Of a stretch of DNA of 64,000 bases, positions 49,063 through 59,194 are shown piece after piece; position 1 is the stretch's first letter; each line of letters opens with the position of its first letter. Source of the stretch: Bdellovibrionota bacterium. Lineage in GTDB: Bacteria > Bdellovibrionota_G > JALEGL01 > DATDPG01. Position numbers and translations under genes: made by a program. The notes under the pieces were generated by a model, which saw nothing but the letters and a program-made list of their open reading frames with translations, did not search any database and was not told the origin of the DNA. The stretch lies in contig OY764265.1 in assembly GCA_963668355.1 (NCBI GenBank), positions 1,472,001 to 1,536,000 of the forward strand, written 5' to 3'.

Positions 49063-52000
49063 TCAATGGATGGGTTTTCGATTCTGGTGAGATTTTTTGG
49101 ATTTGAGTCCAAAGACCACCAGAAGAAGGAGCAAATACCAGGGAGCTGTGGAGGGCTGACTAGAGGTTAATGCGCAACCACTGCTGATTCGTGGAGCCAG
49201 AGCGTTTTGGGCGTCGTCGTTGTACGTGGGAATCCAAAGGCCCCAGGGTTGGGGGTCTTCGACGTCAAAATGTTCGATCAGGCGAGTCATCGAGTCTGGA
49301 AGAGGGGCCATTTCCATATTGTGAAGAGGGCTGGCCGAATCCAGCGTGAAATCAGGCCAAGAACCATCGGTGAAATCATGGTCTGCCCAATCGTAGCTCA
49401 CAAAGAGCGGGTCGGCTGAAAGTCCGTGATCTTCCCAGGGGGTAGCTTCTTGAATTTCGCTCACGTTTTGGAAGTGCTCGGTGTCACTCCAGGATTGATC
49501 GTCAATATAGATGACCATGTCGCCGGGGAAACTGGCTCCTTCTTCCGTGCGCCAGCCATTTCCGAAATAGGCGTTATGGTCAATTTCAATGTTCTCGAAG
49601 GTGCCATGACGATCCTGGATGTACAGGCCGTCTCCCTCGTTGTTGACGATGATGTTGTTCTTGATTTGAGCACCCATGGCAACCACGTCTAAGTCATCGC
49701 TTTCGTTCGTATGGCCGCTCATTCGAATTCCATAGGGATTGTTGGCTGCAATATTATTGAAATAGATCACTTCTCCATTTCTCCAATATCCATACATGCT
49801 GTAGCCAATGTGACCATTGTTGTAAGCGACGTTGCCGTACGCATGGATGCCAGTGGCATAGTCAATGTAGAAGCCTTTGCCGCCTAAGCCGGTTCGGGGG
49901 CTGGCATCTCCAACAAAGCGAGCTCCCCGTTTGACGGAAGCATAGGTCCAGCCATAGGTGTCTCGAAAGACATTGTTCATGACGAGAAAGTCTCGAAAGA
50001 CATGTTTGTAAGGGGGGCTACCTCCGATTTTCAAAGCGCCGCAATCCGCATTGAGCTGACAGGCTTTTTCAAAAATATTGTTATAGACGAAGACTTCTCC
50101 GGTTCGAATTTCTTCGGGCTCAAATCCATCTTCTTGAAAGCTGGGTTTGGTCACATCCATGGCGGCCCAGAAATTAAGACCGCAGTGGGCTGTGTGGTGA
50201 ACATGATTTCCTTCAAACCGGAGTTTGTCGGCAAAAGAAAATGTGTTGCCTACCGGGAAATTATAGTCAGACCGGAAGGCCAAATGATGTAATTCGTTGT
50301 TTCGAAAGAGTGTGCGCTGAACGCCTGCTCGGGTCCACCCGTCAACCGGATCTTCCGCGCCAAACCAATACGAAGTTTTGATGCCGAATGTGTCCATGTG
50401 AGAAATTTCAGAATCCTCAAGTGTGAAGTTCTCGATGATGAATTCAGGTGGGCCCAATGTGTTTTGATGTAAATAAACTCCTTGGTTTCCGTATCGAGCT
50501 TCAATGTTCTTAATGTTTACTCCCTGTGACTTCTTTTGATCTCCGTTTTCAATTCTAACCATGTCTCGTTCGAAGAATTCGAAATTAAGCCCATCTACGG
50601 TTACGTAGGATCGATGACTCAAGTCCATGCCATGGTCTAACCAAGAAATTTCGATATCCAGGTTTTCAGGGTTCGTTGCTGTGGTTGGCCAGAAATAGAT
50701 TTTCTGGGAAGCTTCGTCGAACCACCATTCTCCAGGGTTATCTAGGAGGGAAGGGAGGTTTTCTACGAAATACTTTGATCCCCAGCCTAGCCCTACATGC
50801 CAGTTGACGACACAAGGCTCGTCCACTTCGATTTTGCCCTCGCTCCGGTCATGTGCCACGATTTCTCGTTTGAATGTGTTGTGCCCTTGGGATGTGCCCA
50901 TGACCCAAATGTCTGCTCCCACCAAACTGGGAAGCGTGGTTAAGTCGCCGGCTTCAATGTCTGCAGGTTCGGTGTCGAATTGATCATCGGTGAGATAGAT
51001 CGAGGATCGGTTGGCGTTCTCTCCATTGATCTCCGTGGTTTCATCCCATTCAAAGGGAGGAATGTAGGGAGAGGGGCCGTTCCCACCTGTTGCGGCCCAC
51101 CAGTATTCATGATGTTTCCATTCGGTTTGAACCTGCCAATCCGGTTCTCGGGCTAGGGGCATCCGCGTAACGCTTCGATCGGTATCATTGAGAAGCGTTA
51201 CGAATCGAGGAGCTTGTGTGATGTTGAAGGAACTTAAATCCGCTTCGTAAATTTGCGTGGGATTCACTCCGGCTGGAAGTCCGATGGTGTTGCTGGAGAG
51301 TTGTGTCCATGTAAGATCAGAGGAAGCAATGGAACCACGAACAAAAACGGTGTCCTCCCCGGCTTCGGCTTGAATCACGATGGGGTCATTGGCATGTCCG
51401 CTTGTAGCTGGTCTCAAGGATTCCCGATAAATTCCGGGTTGGATGTGGACCGTGCTTCCAGGGGAAACCATGTTTAGCGCGCGTTGGATGGTTTGCACAG
51501 CTTGGCTGGTCGAAGATCCATCTCGATTATCGTCTCCCGTGGCCTGGCTTACCCAAATGTCTTCTCGATGAGGAATAAAAGCTTTTACATTATCGAAGAG
51601 AACGGTTCCGGAGGGGTTGGTGTCAATGGGTTGATTTTGACCAATGGCAAGGATTTTCGCGGCGATTTGGAGATGGTCAATGTCATTTAAAATGCGAACG
51701 GGTGATCCATCGATCCACGCTCCCACCCAGGATCCGGCTTTGAATCCAATCGTGATGTGTTGCCAATCGTTTTCTAAATCGAATTCCCCTTCCACATGAT
51801 CTCTTACGGACTCGGTCTCGGATCGGTAAGAAAGAAATGCTTTGTATTCGCCCTCAGTAGTTTGGCGAACATGGATGGAAACCAAGTCCACCCAAGGATC
51901 GGCTCCTCGCATCGAAGCAATGATAATGGATTGTCCCGGAAGCCATTCACCCTCTGTGTACGGCAGAATCACGGAATTCGGATGGAAGTCGAAAGAGAGG

Positions 52001-52296
52001 AAGCCGGACTCAAAACGGGCCTCGTCGCCAACGCTCAGGTATGCGGCTTCATTTTCGATTTCCGCAGAAAGGGCCGTGCTGCCTGCGATTCCCAAACCTG
52101 TTTCAAGTAGCAAGCGGGACTCATCGGTCACTCCCCAGCGATCGAGGTTTCCGGCTTCAAAACCTTCCGAAAATACAACGTCCAGATTCTCAAGATTTTG
52201 ACCATAAGAGAGGGTTGAACAGAAGGTCGCACAGTAAAGAAAAAGAAAGACTGAAATTGAAAAGCTAATCGTATTTTTTAATCCATTTTCGAACAT
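49063..52296 (-). CDS. Large acidic surface protein: lectin-like N-domain, right-handed beta-helix, MYXO-CTERM-like tail
   Basis: 'WVSQATGDDNRDGS..TIQRA..PGIYRE' beta-helix cap, repeated NN-x-F strands, C-terminal SSGC..PWYLLLLLVVFGLKSKK. Confidence 0.8.
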   Translation of the reverse strand: MFENGLKNTISFSISVFLFLYCATFCSTLSYGQNLENLDVVFSEGFEAGNLDRWGVTDESRLLLETGLGIAGSTALSAEIENEAAYLSVGDEARFESGFLSFDFHPNSVILPYTEGEWLPGQSIIIASMRGADPWVDLVSIHVRQTTEGEYKAFLSYRSETESVRDHVEGEFDLENDWQHITIGFKAGSWVGAWIDGSPVRILNDIDHLQIAAKILAIGQNQPIDTNPSGTVLFDNVKAFIPHREDIWVSQATGDDNRDGSSTSQAVQTIQRALNMVSPGSTVHIQPGIYRESLRPATSGHANDPIVIQAEAGEDTVFVRGSIASSDLTWTQLSSNTIGLPAGVNPTQIYEADLSSFNITQAPRFVTLLNDTDRSVTRMPLAREPDWQVQTEWKHHEYWWAATGGNGPSPYIPPFEWDETTEINGENANRSSIYLTDDQFDTEPADIEAGDLTTLPSLVGADIWVMGTSQGHNTFKREIVAHDRSEGKIEVDEPCVVNWHVGLGWGSKYFVENLPSLLDNPGEWWFDEASQKIYFWPTTATNPENLDIEISWLDHGMDLSHRSYVTVDGLNFEFFERDMVRIENGDQKKSQGVNIKNIEARYGNQGVYLHQNTLGPPEFIIENFTLEDSEISHMDTFGIKTSYWFGAEDPVDGWTRAGVQRTLFRNNELHHLAFRSDYNFPVGNTFSFADKLRFEGNHVHHTAHCGLNFWAAMDVTKPSFQEDGFEPEEIRTGEVFVYNNIFEKACQLNADCGALKIGGSPPYKHVFRDFLVMNNVFRDTYGWTYASVKRGARFVGDASPRTGLGGKGFYIDYATGIHAYGNVAYNNGHIGYSMYGYWRNGEVIYFNNIAANNPYGIRMSGHTNESDDLDVVAMGAQIKNNIIVNNEGDGLYIQDRHGTFENIEIDHNAYFGNGWRTEEGASFPGDMVIYIDDQSWSDTEHFQNVSEIQEATPWEDHGLSADPLFVSYDWADHDFTDGSWPDFTLDSASPLHNMEMAPLPDSMTRLIEHFDVEDPQPWGLWIPTYNDDAQNALAPRISSGCALTSSQPSTAPWYLLLLLVVFGLKSKKSHQNRKPIH

Positions 52297-52326
52297 TATT
52301 TACCGCGCGGTTTCAGCTCAAAAAGC

Positions 52327-52342
52327 TGCAAATCAAGTGCCA
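52327..52342 (-). promoter_or_regulatory. Sigma54 promoter for the beta-helix gene
   Basis: TGGCACTTGATTTGCA, GG-N10-GC, about 30 nt before the start codon. Confidence 0.75.
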
Positions 52343-52524
52343 CCCCACACAATCTAACGAGTTGAAATTATTGCTGAAAAAAAGGGGTTTTTGAAGAGGA
52401 ATCGCAAAGACATGCATTTTTTGCAGGAACTAAGAAAGAAGTTGTGGGTGCGCCATTCCTTCGGACACGGTCCGGGGATGAATTCACATATTGAATATGC
52501 CAATCCATCCCCGTTTCTGGAGAT

Positions 52525-52716
52525 TCAATCTCGGTTTTTCAGACTTTTCAATCCTTTTAAGATGTGTCGCGTTGTATAAGCTGATTGAGGCCGAGTGGCA
52601 TATTCTTTGGGAAGTTTCGTGGTTTCATTCGCGCTATTCGTTTTTGTATAAAGCTCTTGTGCAAAAACGTATGATGCTTCCAAATACCTGTCCTCGACTC
52701 TTCTAAACCGGTTCAT
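52525..52716 (-). CDS. Small hypothetical protein (63 aa, MNRFRRVEDRY...)
   Basis: GGGAGG RBS just upstream of ATG 52716; fills an otherwise empty gap. Confidence 0.4.
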   Translation of the reverse strand: MNRFRRVEDRYLEASYVFAQELYTKTNSANETTKLPKEYATRPQSAYTTRHILKGLKSLKNRD

Positions 52717-52819
52717 GTTTTCCCTCCCGAAACCTTTTCTATCAAGCCTTTGCGCCAAGTCAACGCGTCTAAATGTCGCGCTTTTTCTTGAGGTTTTTCT
52801 GAGGCGAACGTGGTGCAGT

Positions 52820-54589
52820 TTATTTCGAGCGAGCGGAGAGGCGGTCAAATTTGATTTCGTTGGTTTTGGGGTTGAGTTCTCCAAACGATAACACTTCAGT
52901 TGGACACACCTGGATGCAGGAACTGCATCGGACACATTCGGGATCATTCATGGGAAGACCTCTTTGCGCAAAACTCATGACGTGAATCCCTTGGTGACAG
53001 GTTTGTGTGCAGGAATGACAACTTATGCATTTTTCTTTGTTGGTGAAGATTCGATACCGAGAAAAACGGGCGTAGATGTGCATGAGAGCGGCTAAGGGAC
53101 ATGCAAAGCGACACCAAGTTCGTCCACTGAACCAAAAATAAAGCCCAACGCCGAGGATTCCGGAGAGAAAGAGATCCACAAACCAGCTGTAATGAAAAAT
53201 GGGTAGGTCTGAGAGAACAAACCAAAAGATACGTTCCAGTCCCGTGTTGGGAAAAACCCATGTGATCGTGCGAAGAATGAACAAGAAGAAAGCCACACCC
53301 AAAATGATTTGGCCAAGCATGTTTAATCGGTTCCAAAATTTTCCATGTGGCATTTTATGACGATGCTCATCGCCCAAGGTTTCCGCCAAGGCGCCACAGG
53401 AACAAATCCAACCACAGTACGACCCTTTTCCCCACTTCCAAACTAACCAGGGGATGAGAACAAAGGTTTGGATCAGACTGATCACCAGCCACGCCCACAT
53501 AGGTTGGCTTGTAAAGACGTTCCAGATGAACAAAGGCCAAGCGAGAATTAAACCGTAGGACCTCCAATACGCTCGGTTCATCCCCAAGTTGTCATAAGAC
53601 TCGAAAAACAAGTCTGCGATTTGGCCACCGGTGGTTCCATTTAAAAACCACCCATTGTTTCCAGCCCAAGGCAATAAAATCTCGGGAAGTAGAAATAAAG
53701 GCAAAAGCTGAAAAGCCATCAACGTGAGGGTTTGGACGGTTACATACTGGGTGTTTCGTTTGCGAATTCGACGAATGCCAAAAATAACGACGATGAGCGA
53801 ATAAGCCAGTGTGTAGTAAAAGCTCGGACTTCCCATCGAGTGAACCAGCGTTTGGAGAATGTGACCTTGGGTCGAGGCGGCGGTCGCAAAACTCTTTCCC
53901 AAAGAATTGAATAGCAAGTCAAAGTTAAAGGGAAACCAGTCTCGGTCTTGAAAGATTTGATAGAACGGAAGAACTTTATTGTCGCTTTTCCAATTGTATA
54001 AGAAAAAACAAAAGATCATCGAAAAGGCGAGGCTGGCATAACTGAACCAGGTCCAATCTCCCACACGTGGGATACGGGACTTTTTAAAAAATGTGTTGGA
54101 AGCCTTTCGGCTACGTTTCCCAGTGGCGATGATGACATGGGAAACATCTTTGGATGTACCATCCGAAAAAAACACCTGGAATCCCTGGGCCTGCTTTCGA
54201 AGATGTGTGGCTTCCAGGTTTTGAACCTCCAGGTTGTGTTTTTTATGGTTTTCTTTGTTTTTGTTTTTTTCAAAGAGCAAAAAATCAAGCTTGGCCTTTT
54301 GAGCCTCTTTGGCGGCTTCAATACCGGAAGTCCCTGCACCAATGATGGCCAGACGAATATTCTCCTTTTCCGATGGGGAGGCGTTTTGTTCGAGAATTTT
54401 TTCAACGGCCAAGGCTCCAGAGCGAGCGGAGTCTTTTTCAGTGAAGCCATTGTTCAAAGGGCCCACGGCGTAAGCTCCAGCGTTCTTCTTCAGTTCTCCC
54501 CATTCATTGGTTTTGGGAGGTTTTTCATTTTGCGAAGCTGGAAAACCCGTATGGATCCAAGAAGTGTATTTGCTTAGGAAAGGAATCAC
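52820..54589 (-). CDS. Membrane 4Fe-4S protein (NapH/RdxA-like) with short N-terminal Rossmann-like segment
   Basis: IIGAGTSG and VIIATG; YCGWICSCG and WCRFACP motifs; CISCHSCTQTC and CVRCSSCIQVCP ferredoxin motifs; many TM helices. Confidence 0.8.
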   Translation of the reverse strand: MIPFLSKYTSWIHTGFPASQNEKPPKTNEWGELKKNAGAYAVGPLNNGFTEKDSARSGALAVEKILEQNASPSEKENIRLAIIGAGTSGIEAAKEAQKAKLDFLLFEKNKNKENHKKHNLEVQNLEATHLRKQAQGFQVFFSDGTSKDVSHVIIATGKRSRKASNTFFKKSRIPRVGDWTWFSYASLAFSMIFCFFLYNWKSDNKVLPFYQIFQDRDWFPFNFDLLFNSLGKSFATAASTQGHILQTLVHSMGSPSFYYTLAYSLIVVIFGIRRIRKRNTQYVTVQTLTLMAFQLLPLFLLPEILLPWAGNNGWFLNGTTGGQIADLFFESYDNLGMNRAYWRSYGLILAWPLFIWNVFTSQPMWAWLVISLIQTFVLIPWLVWKWGKGSYCGWICSCGALAETLGDEHRHKMPHGKFWNRLNMLGQIILGVAFFLFILRTITWVFPNTGLERIFWFVLSDLPIFHYSWFVDLFLSGILGVGLYFWFSGRTWCRFACPLAALMHIYARFSRYRIFTNKEKCISCHSCTQTCHQGIHVMSFAQRGLPMNDPECVRCSSCIQVCPTEVLSFGELNPKTNEIKFDRLSARSK

Positions 54590-54737
54590 GTCAATGCGCC
54601 TTCTCTTAGATTAAATCACTCCGCCTGGATTCATAAGCCCCCGAAGCTAAATAATTTGACGATACAGTGCAATATATTACATTTACGTGCTTCAAATTGA
54701 GGTTAGCGTAGAGGTTTTTGACTGTTGAGGAGAAAGC

Positions 54738-55445
54738 ATGAAGCAGAACAAGAAAGCAGAACATCCCAATCGACGAGAAGAGGATTTCATTTTAGACGAT
54801 GACTTCCTTTCAGAGCTTGACGTCGCTTTCGATGCTCTTGAAGAGACGGGCGAAAAAACTCCAAATAAAGGGGAATCCTCGGTCTCTAGACAAGAGATGG
54901 ATACGTATCAGATGCAAAGCACCTATTTGGCTGTGACGCAATTGCATCTTAAGCCTGTACTTCGTTACTTGAAGGCGATCGAGAAGGGTGTTGCTTCGAA
55001 AGACCTCTGTGAGCTGGTTTACTTCGTGGTGAGTCCGTTGGTTGGAAAAACACAGAGTGTGGGATTGGATGAACACTCCAAAGCGCTGGATGACTTCCAA
55101 AAAGCTCTTAAAACCGTGGTGAAAGCACGTTCTCGAAGAATTACTCATGACCAAAAAGAGCGTTTGATGGAAACCTTTGCCCCGGTTCACATGATGTTCG
55201 GTCTCGAATTTCGAGGGCATGCATCGGCCGTGGTGAATTTGTTGGGCTTCTTTCGTTCGCTTCGTAGAAAGAAAGCTTTTGGAGACGCGGACCTCAAAAA
55301 GCTGTTTGGAATTGGAATTCCTTCGCTATCGATGCTTCGAAAAACCTCTCTCAAAGAGTTGGAATCTCTTTCAGGCCTTTCTGCTGATAAAGTCCAAATT
55401 CTGCGAAAATCTGCCAGAGAATTCAGCATTCTGTCTCTAGTTTAA
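54738..55445 (+). CDS. Conserved hypothetical protein with helix-hairpin-helix-like C-terminus
   Basis: GAGGAG RBS; acidic N-terminus; 'LKKLFGIGI..SLKELESLSGLSADKV'. Confidence 0.75.
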   Translation: MKQNKKAEHPNRREEDFILDDDFLSELDVAFDALEETGEKTPNKGESSVSRQEMDTYQMQSTYLAVTQLHLKPVLRYLKAIEKGVASKDLCELVYFVVSPLVGKTQSVGLDEHSKALDDFQKALKTVVKARSRRITHDQKERLMETFAPVHMMFGLEFRGHASAVVNLLGFFRSLRRKKAFGDADLKKLFGIGIPSLSMLRKTSLKELESLSGLSADKVQILRKSAREFSILSLV

Positions 55446-55457
55446 GAAAAAATCTTG

Positions 55458-55496
55458 AAAACACGAGCCGAATCGAGGATTTGGCTCGTGTTTTTT
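55458..55496 (+). terminator. Intrinsic terminator
   Basis: aaacacgagccgaatc/gatttggctcgtgttt stem followed by a T-tract. Confidence 0.75.
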
Positions 55497-55593
55497 GGTT
55501 AAAGTGGGACAGAGCAGTCAAATATTCGTCAAAAGTGGGATTAGTTTCCTGAATTTTCGGACTTTTTTGGTTTAAACAAAGCTCGAGCTTGCA

Positions 55594-56114
55594 AAAAGCG
55601 CGACATCCGTCGCGCAAGAGGACTCCGAAATCGTTGTTAAGAATAGCTACGTTTAAGAGAAGCGGGTCTGGAGATGACTCTCTCCGCTTCGGGTTACGTT
55701 CGCTCCAAAGACTACGATCACTGCAGGCGGGGCCCCTCGTTGTCCGCCCAGCGTCAAGCAAAGCTTGCCGCAGGTCGTCTCCGTTTCCCCTACCTTCCGT
55801 TCACGAGGTCTTTGGGCTCTCTTCACAGGCGCGGAGAGAGTCATCTCCAGATCCGCTTTTCGTGATGAGTAATTCTTTTATCTCGCTCCCCTCGCTCGAA
55901 ATCATTCGTTCAAAAAGAGACAATTTTTTTGTGAGAGATGTTTTTAAAGTTACCTTGGAGATGTTGAAAGGGTGGCGTTGTGGGACGAATCGCCTGAGGA
56001 CGGTCCTCCGCCCGCAAGGGGATGGGCCCCACAACGTCAGGACCCTCCCACAAAATCTCCTCGGCTCACTTTATGCCCAGAACGAAACTCATGCGCGACG
56101 AATGTCGCGCTTTT
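55594..56114. repeat. Nested inverted-repeat element (MITE/REPIN-like)
   Basis: Outer 27-bp IR 55594-55620/56088-56114 (2 mismatches); inner 28-bp IR 55660-55687/55831-55858 (1 mismatch); hairpin 55978-56053. Confidence 0.75.
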
Positions 56115-56170
56115 CCATTTATTTTGAAAAGGAATCTTAAGGTGTTCATAGTTAGGAAAAAGATCTACGC

Positions 56171-57805
56171 ATGAATTTTAGAATCTCAGCTCCTTATGTA
56201 TTTTTAATCCTCCTGTTTTGTGGGTTGGTGGTGTTCGGTCGGGCTTCTTTTTTTTCCTTCTTGGATTGGGACGATCCCACCTATGTCACCCAAAACTCCA
56301 GAGTGGTGTCCGCAGATAAAGATGCGTGGTTGGACGTGCTCAATCCTTTTTCGGCTTTAAATGGAGAAAAAAAGGAGTTCCTTCCGCTCCTGGAGAGTAT
56401 TTATCGCGTTCTTTATCAAGTCGGTGGAGGGTCTCCGGTTCCTTTCCATTTGGCCAGTATCCTCTTTCATGTTTTGGCCTCTTTCTTTTTCTTTCTTCTC
56501 TTAAAGTCCTTATCTCTTAAGGATGCGCCGAGTTTGTTCGGCTCTCTAGTGTTTTTGGTTCATCCGTTTCATGTGGAGTCTGTGGCTTGGGTCTCGGGGC
56601 TGAAAGATCCTTTGGTGGCCTGTTTTATTTTTTTGGGGTTACTGTCCTACGCGCGAACCCAGAAATTGGGAGATCGATTTTGGTGGGGAAGTTTTCTTGC
56701 CTTGCTTTTGGCCTTTTTAAGTAAAGGTGTGGCCTTGGTTTTTGTTCCTTTGGCCTTACTCGTGGATATCGGTTTCCAAAAGCGAACGCTCCGAAAAAGT
56801 CTTCCCTTGATTTGGCCTCATATCTGTTTGTCGATGCTTTTCAGCGTTTGGATACTTGTCATTGCCATATCCAATCAGGTTGTCAAAGCCCCCCTTGAAG
56901 GAAGTCCCTGGTTCACATTTTTTACGATGACCGAGGTGTTTTCACAGTATTTGGCGAAGATGATTCTCCCCATTGAGCTCAGCGCGCATTACAAACCCAT
57001 TCCCATCGAATCTTTTTGGAGTCAGCGTTTCTTGGTGAGCGTGTGTACGCTTTCTGCAGGAGCCTTTTTGGCGTTTCGTTTTCGAAAAAAGAAGGAGGTT
57101 TTTTTCCCTCTTTTTTGGTTTTTGATTTGTTTTCTTCCCGTGTCCAACATCATTCCCTTATCTACACAGATGGCGGATCGCTATATGTATATCGCCATAG
57201 GAGGATATTGTTTTTTTCTCGCCAAAATTTTTGTTGATCGGGATCGTGTTGGCTGGGGAAAGGGAGTCCTGATCACATTTCTGTTGGTTTTGTATGGAAG
57301 CATGTCGTTTTTGCGCGTGGGGGTTTGGGAGAATGATCGGGGATTGTGGAAAGATGTAACCCAAAAGGCTCCTCACAACGTGATGGCCTGGAATAATTAT
57401 GGCGCAGCTATGATGAAAGATGGAGATGTGGAACGTGCGAGCCATGTTTTTGAAAATTTAACCCATGTGGCTGCTTGGAAGAAAGAAGCGTGGAACAATT
57501 TGGGGCGAAGCAAACTTCTTTTGTTTCGAAAGCATGGAAATCCATCGGATTTGAGGGTTGCGGAACGCTCTCTTAGAGAGGCGATTCAGAACGATCAAAA
57601 TTACGTGGAGGCGCTGAATAATTTGGGAATCGTATGGTGGGAAAGAGGTCTTTTGGAAAGAAATCCCCTTTTTCTCGTTCGTTCCAAACGTGTCTTCGAA
57701 AAGGCTTTGAACATGGACCCGGCCTATGGTCCGGCAAAAAGAAATCTGGAAGTATTGAATATCCAAATGGATATCCTGAATCGAAAAAAAGGAGTGCAGA
57801 AATGA
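56171..57805 (+). CDS. TMTC-like membrane glycosyltransferase with TPR tail
   Basis: WDDPTYV, HPFHVESVAWVS, LSK, ADRYMY, W..D..LW, C-terminal TPRs. Confidence 0.85.
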   Translation: MNFRISAPYVFLILLFCGLVVFGRASFFSFLDWDDPTYVTQNSRVVSADKDAWLDVLNPFSALNGEKKEFLPLLESIYRVLYQVGGGSPVPFHLASILFHVLASFFFFLLLKSLSLKDAPSLFGSLVFLVHPFHVESVAWVSGLKDPLVACFIFLGLLSYARTQKLGDRFWWGSFLALLLAFLSKGVALVFVPLALLVDIGFQKRTLRKSLPLIWPHICLSMLFSVWILVIAISNQVVKAPLEGSPWFTFFTMTEVFSQYLAKMILPIELSAHYKPIPIESFWSQRFLVSVCTLSAGAFLAFRFRKKKEVFFPLFWFLICFLPVSNIIPLSTQMADRYMYIAIGGYCFFLAKIFVDRDRVGWGKGVLITFLLVLYGSMSFLRVGVWENDRGLWKDVTQKAPHNVMAWNNYGAAMMKDGDVERASHVFENLTHVAAWKKEAWNNLGRSKLLLFRKHGNPSDLRVAERSLREAIQNDQNYVEALNNLGIVWWERGLLERNPLFLVRSKRVFEKALNMDPAYGPAKRNLEVLNIQMDILNRKKGVQK

Positions 57806-58824
57806 ACGCCATGCCAAACATTCGATATTTAGAACATGAAAGTTCGTTGTTGAAGGGAAATCCCAGAAACGATCCTCATGTTAGAAGACTTCCGATTTAT
57901 CTGCCTCCTGCGTATGACGAGAAACGTTCTCAGCCTTACCCCGTCGTTTTTGTCTTGGCGGGTTACGGTGGCCGGGGAGCCGGCAGTTTGAATGATGCCG
58001 GGGTATTTTCCCTTTCTTTGCCGGAGCGTTTGGATCAAGCCATCACTGCGGAAGAGATGTCTGCAGCCATTCTTGTTTTTCCAGACTGCGGAACCAAACT
58101 TGGAGGAAGCCAATATGTAGATTCTTCATCCAATGGACCCTATATGCGCTATCTCGTGGAAGAGTTGGTGCCCTTTGTGGATCGACACTTCAATACTTTT
58201 GGAGAGGGTTCTCATCGAGGTGTGACCGGTCATTCCAGCGGGGGGTTTGGTTCGATGGTTTTGGGCATGAAACACCCAGACGTTTTTCCTTATATCTGCA
58301 GTTCAGCGGGAGATACTTGGTATGAGTACCTCTATCTTCAGTTGATTCCCAAATGCGTCCGAACATTGAAGCGCTCTGGCGGCGTGGGTCCTTTTATTGA
58401 AAAGTTTTTGGAATCTCCCAACCCCTTTGGGTTGCTCAAACGAGATGATGGCGAAACCATGATGACTTTGGCCATTTGCAGTTGTTTTGCTCCCAACCCG
58501 GGTGTCCCTCATATTGGAGGAGATCTCTATTTTGATGAACGAACGGGGGCGTTGATTCCGGAGGTGTGGGAGAAAATTTTGGCCTGGGATCCCGTTCGGA
58601 TGGTTCAGGACCATGTCGAGAATTTAAGAAAGCTCAAATGGATTTCGTTAGAGGCCGGAGTGGACGATGAGTATGGGTTGGACCTGGGCCACAGGCAGTT
58701 TGCGAAGCAATTGGATCGCTTTAACATTTCGGTTGAACTCAAGGAATATCCCGGAAGGCATGGGGGCCACACCTATCGTTATGTCGAGAGAGTCAAGCGG
58801 ATGCTTGGTGCGATGAAAGTTTAA
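57802..58824 (+). CDS. Alpha/beta-hydrolase, enterochelin esterase-like family
   Basis: YLPPAYD..YPVVF, GHSSGG nucleophile motif, GVDDEY, GRHG. Confidence 0.9.
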   Translation: MNAMPNIRYLEHESSLLKGNPRNDPHVRRLPIYLPPAYDEKRSQPYPVVFVLAGYGGRGAGSLNDAGVFSLSLPERLDQAITAEEMSAAILVFPDCGTKLGGSQYVDSSSNGPYMRYLVEELVPFVDRHFNTFGEGSHRGVTGHSSGGFGSMVLGMKHPDVFPYICSSAGDTWYEYLYLQLIPKCVRTLKRSGGVGPFIEKFLESPNPFGLLKRDDGETMMTLAICSCFAPNPGVPHIGGDLYFDERTGALIPEVWEKILAWDPVRMVQDHVENLRKLKWISLEAGVDDEYGLDLGHRQFAKQLDRFNISVELKEYPGRHGGHTYRYVERVKRMLGAMKV

Positions 58825-59135
58825 GGCTGCTTTTTTGTGTCGATTTGAATGGATTCCGGTTGGGTTCGTCCACACGCGAGAGAGTCCGTCATTCCTGAAG
58901 ATAGAAACGCACAGGCATTATCTGTAGCTGTACGGACGCATCGCTCCTCATCTCGTCCCGTAGCCGTGCGACACTTCTGTTTGCCCTTGTATTTGATGCA
59001 GACGGAGCAATGTAAGGTTTCGGTTCGAAGAATGTTCCATGTTAACCATGCCGTTGGAATGGCGATGATCAGCAACATGAGAAAGATGCGAAGAAACTTT
59101 ATGAATGGTGAACGAAGTTCGTCTTTGTATGACAT
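58821..59135 (-). CDS. Small membrane-anchored protein with Cys-rich exported domain
   Basis: One TM helix followed by CSVC..C..C..C..C. Confidence 0.7.
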   Translation of the reverse strand: MSYKDELRSPFIKFLRIFLMLLIIAIPTAWLTWNILRTETLHCSVCIKYKGKQKCRTATGRDEERCVRTATDNACAFLSSGMTDSLACGRTQPESIQIDTKKQP

Positions 59136-59158
59136 GGGTTTTTATTTCGTGTGAAAAG

Positions 59159-59194
59159 AAAAAGTGGGTTTTGTTTCAACAAAACCCACTTTTT
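59159..59194 (-). terminator. Intrinsic terminator after the 6S RNA
   Basis: aaaagtgggttttgtt/aacaaaacccactttt perfect stem; T-tract follows on the minus strand. Confidence 0.8.

Noticed and set aside
48582..49170. ORFs overlapping tRNA-Trp and its downstream insert
   Set aside because: They are translations of tRNA and hairpin sequence.
55423..56140. ORFs of 63-183 aa in the nested inverted-repeat element
   Set aside because: The mirrored peptides (RRESSPDPL, SGSGDDSLR) arise from the inverted repeats; no domain or RBS.
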